Of a stretch of 64,000 bases of DNA, positions 10,372 through 17,957 are shown piece after piece. The first letter of the stretch is position 1, and every line of letters begins with the position of its first letter. Source of the stretch: Chitinivibrionales bacterium. Its GTDB lineage: Bacteria; Fibrobacterota; Chitinivibrionia; Chitinivibrionales; WJKA01. Made by a program: the position numbers and the translations under genes. The stretch is from contig JBBRUX010000020.1 in the NCBI GenBank assembly GCA_038247415.1, positions 1 to 64,000 of the forward strand. The letters are read 5' to 3'. Under the pieces are notes generated by a model. The model did not search any database. It was not told the origin of the DNA and saw only the letters and a program-made list of their open reading frames with translations.

Positions 10372-10950
10372 TTATTTCAGGTTCTCCTCGACAAACATCC
10401 AGTTGACGAGTTTCCAGAATCCCTCGATGTAAGATGCCCGGTTATTTCGATAGTCGATGTAATACGCATGCTCCCATATGTCACATCCGAGGATGGCCGT
10501 GCAGCCGTCCTTAATGGGCGTGCCGGCGTTGCCCATTGTCTGAATCACAAGGTTTCCTTCAAGATTGCGGAGCAACCATATCCAGCCGGACCCAAAGGCC
10601 AAGGTGGCTGCCTTCGTGAACTCCTCCTTGAACTGGGCGAACGAACCGAAGTTCTTGACAATGGATTGCGCCACTACTCCCTTGGGTTCACCACCACCCT
10701 TGGGCGATAGGCATTGCCAATAAAAGGCATGATTCCATGCCTGCGCAGCATTGTTGTAAATCGCATCGGTCGACTTAGTCACAATCTCTTCGAGTTTTAG
10801 GTCGGCGAACGCGGTGCCTGTTATGAGTTTGTTGAGATTCGCCACATACGCGGCATGGTGTTTGCCATAGTGGTATTCAAGAGTCTCCTGCGAAATGGAC
10901 GGAGCAAGAGCGTCCATTGGATACGGGAGCGAAGGCAGTTTGTGTTCCAT
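10372..10950 (-). CDS. sodB: Superoxide dismutase, Fe-type signature
   Basis: YHYGKHH, NNAAQAWNH, FGSGW, NAGTP, DIWEHAYY; start at MEHKLP after AAAGGAG. Confidence 0.93.
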   Translation of the reverse strand: MEHKLPSLPYPMDALAPSISQETLEYHYGKHHAAYVANLNKLITGTAFADLKLEEIVTKSTDAIYNNAAQAWNHAFYWQCLSPKGGGEPKGVVAQSIVKNFGSFAQFKEEFTKAATLAFGSGWIWLLRNLEGNLVIQTMGNAGTPIKDGCTAILGCDIWEHAYYIDYRNNRASYIEGFWKLVNWMFVEENLK

Positions 10951-11025
10951 ACTATCTCCTTTTGAGTAAATGTAATTAAGTCGGCTTGTTAAGCACGCCA
11001 AACTCTATCAGTCTTTTATTTTAAA

Positions 11026-11041
11026 CGCAAATACTGTGCCA
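11026..11041 (-). promoter_or_regulatory. Sigma54 -24/-12 promoter upstream of sodB
   Basis: TGGCACAGTATTTGCG matches TGGCAC-N5-TTGC. Confidence 0.8.
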
Positions 11042-11080
11042 TTGCCCCAAGTAATACTCCGCTATGGTAAATTCGGCAGA

Positions 11081-11117
11081 TTTGCTATTTCAGGAATTTC
11101 CTTCCCAAAATTGGGAA
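11081..11117. promoter_or_regulatory. Candidate enhancer pair (TTTGCTATTTCAGGAA, TTCCCAAAATTGGGAA; 21-bp period)
   Basis: Palindrome plus degenerate copy 40-75 bp upstream of the sigma54 site. Confidence 0.55.
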
Positions 11118-11154
11118 CAAAGCCCGGTCTGAACCAGACCTTTGCAGATTGGGT

Positions 11155-12690
11155 TCATTTTTTCAAATTGGTAATTAGCATTTTTGCCAATTCCGATTTC
11201 AGGAATGGTTTGCGTATGCTTGCTGTAAACCCATACTTCGCAGGATTTATCATGATTGGATCATCGGAATATCCGCTCGAGGCGAATAGGGGAATCACCT
11301 GATCGAATTTTCTGATTTCAGCAACCACTAGTTGTCCACTCATGCCACCAGGTACGGTGAGATTTAGAATTAACGCAATAATGGTACGGTCTGCTTTGGA
11401 TTCTCCAATAAAAAAATCAAGAGCATCCTTTCCCGTATCTTTACAAATTACCGAGTATCCAAGAGACTCCAGCATGCTCTGTGTAGTTTCTTGGATAACT
11501 TTATCGTCATCCATGACAATTATTCTCCCACTGCCGGTATGTTCTACAACAGATGAGGCACCAGTAAATCCCACCAATTCTGCGGATGCTGGAAGAATAA
11601 TATGGAACGTGCTACCCTGGGATAGAACCGACTCGACTTCTATTTCACCATTGTGCTTGGTAATTATTGATTGACACATTGCAAGACCGAGACCTTGGCC
11701 TTTGGTTTTAGTCGTAAAGAATGGGTCGAAGATACGGTGTAGCATATCCTTTGGAATGCCAATGCCGGAATCATGTATCGAGATTTTGACGTAATTACCA
11801 TTTGTCAGTACGCCCGGGGGTTCCCGATTGATGGAAATATTCTGTGCCGATATGGAAATATAACCACCTGCAGGCATGGCTTGTCGCGCATTGATGACAA
11901 TGTTGTCGATGACTTGGGAAATCTGTTCCTTGTCGATTGTGCACATCCAAAGATTGTCGGGAAGTTCATAGCTACAGGAAACATTGGATCCGCTCAAGGC
12001 GAATGGCGCTGTTTCCCGTACAAGAACGGAAATCGATGTTTTTTTTCGGATAGGAACGCCACCCTTTGCAAAGGTAAGCAACTGTCGAGTCAGGGCACGA
12101 GCCCTGTCGATGCTATTCATGGCTTGTAAAAGATTTTGGTTTACTTCTGCAGGATCGGATTCTTGCAGTGCCATATCTATATATCCATAAATACCATGCA
12201 TCAGGTTGTTGAAGTCGTGGGCAATGCCGCCTGCAAGCACACCAAGCGATTCGAGTTTCTGATTTCTTTGTGAAATCTCCACCAATTTTTTGTTTTCAGT
12301 AATATCGCTGATGTTGCATTGTATAACAGACTGATTGCCTTCCTGATAGACGTTACTGACAAACTCCACGGCGACCTGTCGTCCATCAGATGCCTCCAGG
12401 GGAAGGTCTGCATACCGAATGTATTTCTTCTCCCTCAGTTCGAAAAATTTATCGCGATTGGTATAAACATCCTTGAGAACACCTATGTCCCAGACAAACT
12501 TGTTCATAAACTGGTCATGCGAATAACCCAGCAGCTCTATCAGGAACGGATTCACATCTGCTATATGCCCGGTTTCCGCGTCGAGGATAAGAATACCGTC
12601 TCTCGCAGACTCAAACAGCCAGCGATATCGTAGTTCCGAGGCCTGCAAGGACATTGTGGCTTCATCTAACTCAATCAATGTATTTTCCAC
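11155..12690 (-). CDS. PAS-domain hybrid sensor histidine kinase with atypical receiver
   Basis: PAS, LAGGIAHDFNNL H-box, NARQAM, DSGIGI, FDPFFTTK, GLGL; receiver ILNLTVPG. Confidence 0.9.
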   Translation of the reverse strand: MENTLIELDEATMSLQASELRYRWLFESARDGILILDAETGHIADVNPFLIELLGYSHDQFMNKFVWDIGVLKDVYTNRDKFFELREKKYIRYADLPLEASDGRQVAVEFVSNVYQEGNQSVIQCNISDITENKKLVEISQRNQKLESLGVLAGGIAHDFNNLMHGIYGYIDMALQESDPAEVNQNLLQAMNSIDRARALTRQLLTFAKGGVPIRKKTSISVLVRETAPFALSGSNVSCSYELPDNLWMCTIDKEQISQVIDNIVINARQAMPAGGYISISAQNISINREPPGVLTNGNYVKISIHDSGIGIPKDMLHRIFDPFFTTKTKGQGLGLAMCQSIITKHNGEIEVESVLSQGSTFHIILPASAELVGFTGASSVVEHTGSGRIIVMDDDKVIQETTQSMLESLGYSVICKDTGKDALDFFIGESKADRTIIALILNLTVPGGMSGQLVVAEIRKFDQVIPLFASSGYSDDPIMINPAKYGFTASIRKPFLKSELAKMLITNLKK

Positions 12691-12780
12691 AGGTACACCT
12701 TTCTTGAAGGAATTTCACAAAACTGCTCAATACTATTTTTTAGGTTCTCTTCGAAGAATTACCTGTTGGTAAGGTTCGTT

Positions 12781-13338
12781 TCATTGCTCTAGTGCGTTTT
12801 TCGAATGCTTTTTGGCATACTCCTCGAACGACTGCAGGTATTTGGGATTCCCCGGAACCACACTATGCTTTTGCGCATACCGTCGACCTAGCGAATGAGC
12901 ATCACCCATGTATAGGTCGCACCCATTGACAAATTTGTCTGCGGTTCCACCCAGTCGTCTCGCGCGGATTTTGGCGTCACTAAAAGCTTTCAACATCACC
13001 GTGCGCGTTGGTTCATCACCATTCTTGTAAAGGTCTGCGATAGCCCACGTCAGGTGCCAAATGTTGAAACTATGTTTAAGTTTTTCGATGTGGGAAAAGT
13101 ACAAATCACTGATCAGGCCAGCTTGCGCCGAAGTCACAACCTGATCACGTATCACCCAGATTCCTAGAACACATCCCCATGTGTTTTTATCAATTTCAAT
13201 GGCCGCAATTTTTAGGGTTTGGTCTATGTCAATACCCGAGAGAAGCACTTTTTCCCGGTCATGGGTGAGGTAGCGCATACAACCGCCAACACTTACAAGT
13301 AACAATGTCATTACAATGAAACTGGTACATTTTTTCAT
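12781..13338 (-). CDS. Hypothetical protein, probable lipoprotein
   Basis: MKK + hydrophobic stretch + VGGC lipobox-like; GGAGGT RBS. Confidence 0.7.
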   Translation of the reverse strand: MKKCTSFIVMTLLLVSVGGCMRYLTHDREKVLLSGIDIDQTLKIAAIEIDKNTWGCVLGIWVIRDQVVTSAQAGLISDLYFSHIEKLKHSFNIWHLTWAIADLYKNGDEPTRTVMLKAFSDAKIRARRLGGTADKFVNGCDLYMGDAHSLGRRYAQKHSVVPGNPKYLQSFEEYAKKHSKNALEQ

Positions 13339-13438
13339 ACGCGATACCTCCCATTCGTGTTAAATTATATACTGATAGCAATGTAAGATTTGCTTTCGGC
13401 TTGGGACGTTTTCACTCTTGATTGAGCAAGATCAGAAA

Positions 13439-13525
13439 CTACCGGCGCCAACGAGAATAACCCCAGCCACCGCCCCCTATTGCGAGCACAACGAGCACAA
13501 TGATAATAATTGTTAATGTTGACAT
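13439..13525 (-). CDS. Small membrane peptide, 28 aa (MSTLTIIIIVLVVLAIGGGGWGYSRWRR), DUF3309-like
   Basis: AAAGGAG RBS, ATG..TAG, one TM helix plus GGGGWGY and basic tail; sigma54 promoter upstream; below ORF-track cutoff. Confidence 0.8.
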   Translation of the reverse strand: MSTLTIIIIVLVVLAIGGGGWGYSRWRR

Positions 13526-13602
13526 GAGATTCTCCTTTGATAATTATGTGGTGTCTAAATCGGGCAATGGATTTGTCCGACTGTATCAGCGGTTTAGTAT
13601 AT

Positions 13603-13618
13603 TGCAAACACCGTGCCA
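13603..13618 (-). promoter_or_regulatory. Sigma54 promoter for the small peptide/lipoprotein unit
   Basis: TGGCACGGTGTTTGCA, full consensus. Confidence 0.8.
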
Positions 13619-13680
13619 TAGTAGTCTTCGATTTCTTGTCTCTCAATATTCCCCCTTTCTGACTCGAAAAGGTGCGTGTT

Positions 13681-13717
13681 TTGTCGAATATGGTAATCCG
13701 GTTCTCAAAATCGTTAA
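13681..13717. promoter_or_regulatory. Candidate enhancer pair between divergent sigma54 promoters
   Basis: TTGTCGAATATGGTAA and TTCTCAAAATCGTTAA, 21-bp period. Confidence 0.45.
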
Positions 13718-13875
13718 AGCAGAGCGTATTATTTACTGATCAGAGCCGCATGCCCCAAAGGGATGTTTATTGACGGAAAAGATCAGGTAGAAAGCATTGT
13801 GACGCCTACCTATGGCTAGCAAGGACAGTTTGTAGGGATTGTGCTTGGGGAGTATATGTGTACTTTGCTGCTTAT

Positions 13876-13891
13876 GGGCATGAAAATTGCA
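13876..13891 (+). promoter_or_regulatory. Sigma54 promoter upstream of mlaE
   Basis: GGGCATGAAAATTGCA (GG-N10-GC with TTGC). Confidence 0.65.
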
Positions 13892-13971
13892 GTGTATTAA
13901 AAAAATGCTGCAGGCACGTCGGATGCGAGCTCCGTGCCCAATGATAATGTTATCCCAGAAGGAACCCAATA

Positions 13972-14790
13972 ATGAATATGAACCCGTCGACTACCCAACC
14001 AAAAGGTAGTGCGTTACCTGAATTACTGCTTAAACGGTGGACGTTCACCGGCTTCTTTACTGAAGTAACATTAATGACACGATTTACCATGCGGTTCTTT
14101 ACGCAGGTAAGTGTTCCTCCCTATGAGATAAAGGAGGTGCTTCGACAGTGCTATGTTGTAGGCCTAAAATCATTGCCCTTAATCGGAATCACCGGTTTTA
14201 TTTTGGGGTTGGTTCTTACGATGCAGTCAAGACCAACGCTTGCTGCGTTTGGCGCTGAGTCGTGGCTGCCTGCAATGGTGGCGGTATCCATAATTAGAGA
14301 AATTGGTCCGGTAATAACTGCTCTTATATGTGCTGGGAAAATCGGTTCGGGCATAGGGGCCGAACTTGCGTCTATGAAGGTGACCGAGCAGATTGATGCA
14401 ATGGAAGTGTCAGGGATCAATCCATTCAATTACCTTGTAATAACCCGGATTGTTGCGACAACGCTTATGATTCCCGTTCTTGTTATATTTTCGGATGTTA
14501 TATCGCTTGCGGGATCTTACGTAGCTGTAAATATCAAGGCTGATGTGAGTCTTCCCCTTTTCTTTGCGTCTATCTTTGCGAAACTGAAGTTTGTGGATGT
14601 CATTCCTTCCCTGGTTAAAACATTCTTCTTCGGTTTCGCGATAGGATTAATTGGTTGCTATAAGGGATATACTTCGAACAAAGGAACCCAAGGAGTTGGC
14701 GAATCGGCGAATTCGGCGGTAGTTATGGGATCGCTTATGGTATTTGTCATCGATCTTCTCGCAGTTCAAATCACAAGTTTGTTCGGATAG
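13972..14790 (+). CDS. mlaE: MlaE-family ABC permease
   Basis: REIGPVITAL..AGKIGS.I.AELASMKVTEQIDAMEV. Confidence 0.92.
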   Translation: MNMNPSTTQPKGSALPELLLKRWTFTGFFTEVTLMTRFTMRFFTQVSVPPYEIKEVLRQCYVVGLKSLPLIGITGFILGLVLTMQSRPTLAAFGAESWLPAMVAVSIIREIGPVITALICAGKIGSGIGAELASMKVTEQIDAMEVSGINPFNYLVITRIVATTLMIPVLVIFSDVISLAGSYVAVNIKADVSLPLFFASIFAKLKFVDVIPSLVKTFFFGFAIGLIGCYKGYTSNKGTQGVGESANSAVVMGSLMVFVIDLLAVQITSLFG

Positions 14791-14799
14791 CACACTACA

Positions 14800-15576
14800 A
14801 TGATACCCACACAACCCAATAACCCATCTCAATCTGATAATGCTATAGCGCAAGCTGCGTCTGTAGTAACAATTTCTCATCTCAAAAAATCATTCGGAAC
14901 ACATACTGTTTTGAAAGATATAACCCTAACACTTACAAAAGGAGAGAACCTTGTAGTGCTTGGGGAATCTGGCAGCGGAAAATCGGTGATGATCAAATGT
15001 CTTGTCGGTTTGGAAGAGCCTGACGAGGGTACGGTATCTGTTTTGGGAAAAGACATTGCGAAGCTTAAAGGCAAGCATCTAGACGATCTCCGCAAACGAG
15101 TAGGCTTTCTCTTCCAGAGCGCAGCGCTCTACGATTCAATGACCGTGCGAGAAAATCTCGAATTCCCGCTGCGTGGTAGCAATGATGCGACGGCTGATCG
15201 TGAAGGCCTTGTGAAAGAGGCGCTGGAAAACGTTGGTCTTCTTGACGCAATAGACAAAATGCCTACCGAACTCTCGGGCGGTATGCGAAAAAGGATCGGG
15301 TTGGCTCGAACACTTATCTTAAAACCAGAAATAATGCTTTACGACGAGCCGACAACGGGCCTAGATCCCATAACGTCAAAAGAGATTAGCACTCTCATCA
15401 TGGATGTTCGTAAGAAATATAACACTGCGTCAATCATCATCACGCACGATATCGTCTGCGCAAAGATCACAGCCGACAGGATAATCGTGATTCGTGATGG
15501 CATGTGCGCAGCAGAGGGAAACTTTGATGAAATGAAGAGCTCGAGTGATCCGTGGGTGCACTCATTTTTTGAGTAA
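14800..15576 (+). CDS. mlaF: MlaF-family ABC ATPase
   Basis: GESGSGKS, FQSAALYDSMTV.EN, LSGGMRKR, YDEPTTGLDP. Confidence 0.92.
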   Translation: MIPTQPNNPSQSDNAIAQAASVVTISHLKKSFGTHTVLKDITLTLTKGENLVVLGESGSGKSVMIKCLVGLEEPDEGTVSVLGKDIAKLKGKHLDDLRKRVGFLFQSAALYDSMTVRENLEFPLRGSNDATADREGLVKEALENVGLLDAIDKMPTELSGGMRKRIGLARTLILKPEIMLYDEPTTGLDPITSKEISTLIMDVRKKYNTASIIITHDIVCAKITADRIIVIRDGMCAAEGNFDEMKSSSDPWVHSFFE

Positions 15577-15711
15577 TGTAAACCTTTTTTTTACCTTGGG
15601 ATAGAAGTGAGAATTCGAGGGATTGACCGCGCAGCAGAGGATGTTACCACGGGCGCAACCTAAAGTTTATTGGTCTTTACACATACAACTAAGTCATTGA
15701 AAGGTTTTGAT

Positions 15712-16440
15712 ATGAATAATTCAAAGGGAAATACGATACGACTCGGAATTTTTGTAACAGTTGGGGCACTTTTGCTTGCGGTTGCTATTTACTCAATCGG
15801 TAAGAAACAGCAACTGTTCAGTAATACATTCCGCATCAGCGGGTATTTTACTGATATCAGTGGGCTGCAGGTTGGAAATAATGTTCGCTTCTCGGGTATT
15901 ACCATCGGCATTGTAGAGGGGATAGAGATGATTGCAGATACCGCGGTAAAAGTCGACATGACTATCGATTCCAAAATGAAGAAATTCATTCGCAAGGATG
16001 CAAAGGCAATTATAGGGACCGACGGTCTCATGGGGAACAAAATCGTGGTAATCGCACCAGGAACCGCCGGTACTGCGGGCATAAAAGACAAAGACTTCAT
16101 TGCAACATCTGTTCCTCCAAGTATAGATGATATCCTTGCTAAATTGTACGAAACAAGCAGCAATGTTACCCTTATCAGTGAAGATCTTTCGGCAATTGTT
16201 TCAAATATCCGAGCGGGAGATGGTACTATTGGAAAGCTTTTGATGGATTCGGTCTTCGCGAAAAATATTGGCCAAACAATTGTTAATGTCAAGCAAGGTG
16301 CTGCAGGGTTTAAGCAGAACATGGACGCTGCGGGAAATAATCCTCTGTTGCGAGGGTATATCAAGAAGAAAGAAGAAGCGAAGAAGGATGAAATAAAGAA
16401 GGAAGAAGCGAAGAAAGAAGAAATAAAAAAGGAAAAATAG
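15712..16440 (+). CDS. mlaD: MlaD/MCE-domain protein
   Basis: N-terminal TM, SGLQVGNNVRFSGI.IG.V, IGTDGLMGNK; start placed at MNNSK. Confidence 0.88.
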   Translation: MNNSKGNTIRLGIFVTVGALLLAVAIYSIGKKQQLFSNTFRISGYFTDISGLQVGNNVRFSGITIGIVEGIEMIADTAVKVDMTIDSKMKKFIRKDAKAIIGTDGLMGNKIVVIAPGTAGTAGIKDKDFIATSVPPSIDDILAKLYETSSNVTLISEDLSAIVSNIRAGDGTIGKLLMDSVFAKNIGQTIVNVKQGAAGFKQNMDAAGNNPLLRGYIKKKEEAKKDEIKKEEAKKEEIKKEK

Positions 16441-16454
16441 AGAAGGAAGAAGCA
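16366..16454 (+). repeat. Six imperfect 15-bp tandem units (KKEEA/KKEEI) spanning the mlaD stop
   Basis: aagaaagaagaagcg, aagaaggatgaaata, aagaaggaagaagcg, aagaaagaagaaata, aaaaaggaaaaata (14 nt), gagaaggaagaagca. Confidence 0.8.
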
Positions 16455-16490
16455 CAGAATTTAAAGGTTGAATACAAGATCAAGGTTCAG

Positions 16491-16516
16491 AAAAAGAGCT
16501 CCACTCCAGGAGCTCT
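16491..16516 (-). terminator. Probable intrinsic terminator
   Basis: AGAGCTCC-N6-GGAGCTCT stem with T-run on the minus strand, between convergent units. Confidence 0.55.
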
Positions 16517-16641
16517 ACACATCCAAGATTTCTCGCACAAGCAATAAACCGATGAGCATTTTCCCCACGCTATTTCTAATCACCGTAATGACTATCGGGC
16601 TTCTTAAAAAATCGCCACAATAGGGCGGTTAGTATAGGTAC

Positions 16642-16740
16642 TTACAGCCGAAGAGCGATCTTTTTGATCGTGGCGAAAGAACCGGATTCCATACGGCAGA
16701 AGTATATCCCTCCAGCAGAATTGAGCATTCCTGTGTTTAC
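16642..16740 (-). pseudogene. Relic of a C-terminal secretion (T9SS type A-like) domain
   Basis: Reads VNTGMLNSAGGIYFCRMESGSFATIKKIALRL*; no parent gene upstream. Confidence 0.5.
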
Positions 16741-16936
16741 TAGACTGAATTCGATTGCCCGTTGGCGCCGAGGGTGAGATCGCCTAACGATATCTCTAGG
16801 GCGCCACTTGATTTATAGAGTCTTGGGAGAAGTGTTTGTCTACCAATATTCCCTGCAATTCCAATGGGGTTAAGCGTTCACCTAGCCGTATCGTTAAACG
16901 CAGATGTCAAACTTATGCGTACAGACACTCGAAAAT

Positions 16937-17716
16937 CTAGCCTTTCGAAAGTCTTTTCGTTCTTTTGGCCTCAATATCGTTTGTCCAATACCCACGCCAA
17001 TCGTAGTGCTTGTAGAGGAGCGTTTCGTAGCTCCTATTTAGTGTTTCTGCCGCGTACTCTGGCGCCCGCTGCACCCTCTCGGCCGATAAGTTGACAAAAA
17101 CCTTAGATTCCTCCCAGCTAACGCGTTCGATCCATTGCGGTGATATCAAGACGTGTTTGCCAGGCCACCAATTCTTCGTGTCTACGATTAGATACCTTAT
17201 CGACCAGGTGTCATCGTCGATAATGAAATCCTCGACATGACCAATTTCCCCGTCAATCGCTTGTATATGATGACCAATCACGTCGGCAGTGCTACGCAAG
17301 TGAGGGTCCCACGCCTCTTGACGAAGCTCCTCCGCTTTCCATTGCTTGGGGTTGCGCATAATAGACTCACTGAAACCCCACTCATACGGACCGTACCCAT
17401 AATAAGGCCACCCATAGTATCCGAAGTACTCGGTCTCATATTGACGGGAAACCGGTTGGTCGGCCGATAACGACGGACAATCCTCAATCTGCTTTTTTGT
17501 CAAGTCAACGGGAATAACCTTTTGGGTATCATTGGCAGGACTCAGAGCATACGGCGAAATAAGAACCTGCTTTCCCGTGAGCCAATCGCCAGATTCAGCC
17601 ACAAGATAGCGCACCGTCCAATGCCTATCATCAAAATAAAACTCGTTCGCCTTGCCAATGTCTCCATCACTGGCTCGAAGCCCAAAGCTCTTAAATTCTT
17701 TTGCTTGTCGCAGCAT
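16937..17716 (-). CDS. Tandem PRC-barrel domain protein
   Basis: Two repeats of DG.IG....F..DD..W..RYL; DPHLRS linker; start placed at MLRQAK. Confidence 0.85.
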   Translation of the reverse strand: MLRQAKEFKSFGLRASDGDIGKANEFYFDDRHWTVRYLVAESGDWLTGKQVLISPYALSPANDTQKVIPVDLTKKQIEDCPSLSADQPVSRQYETEYFGYYGWPYYGYGPYEWGFSESIMRNPKQWKAEELRQEAWDPHLRSTADVIGHHIQAIDGEIGHVEDFIIDDDTWSIRYLIVDTKNWWPGKHVLISPQWIERVSWEESKVFVNLSAERVQRAPEYAAETLNRSYETLLYKHYDWRGYWTNDIEAKRTKRLSKG

Positions 17717-17765
17717 AGTAGTGTCTTTCTGTGTAGTGGGGGATACTTCTTCACTATAGGTAATA

Positions 17766-17781
17766 AGCGAAATTAATGCCA
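17766..17781 (-). promoter_or_regulatory. Sigma54 promoter upstream of the PRC-barrel gene
   Basis: TGGCATTAATTTCGCT (GG-N10-GC). Confidence 0.6.
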
Positions 17782-17851
17782 ATGCCTAATTGATGAATAC
17801 TGCGGGCAATTACCTTGGATATGACTCGAGATTTTTTTTGCAGTGAAATGA

Positions 17852-17888
17852 TTTCCAATTGCGCGAATATCGTGTGCAAAAGTGGCAA
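17852..17888. promoter_or_regulatory. Candidate enhancer pair
   Basis: TTTCCAATTGCGCGAA and TGTGCAAAAGTGGCAA, 21-bp period, 70-107 bp upstream of the sigma54 site. Confidence 0.4.
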
Positions 17889-17957
17889 CTTGAATGTGTG
17901 TTGGGCAGATATGTGCTACTTAGATTTCGTGCTCTTAAGCGTTTTTAGGATATACTC

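Noticed and set aside
16366..16454. CRISPR-like array
   Set aside because: Contiguous low-complexity coding repeats without spacers; no cas genes.
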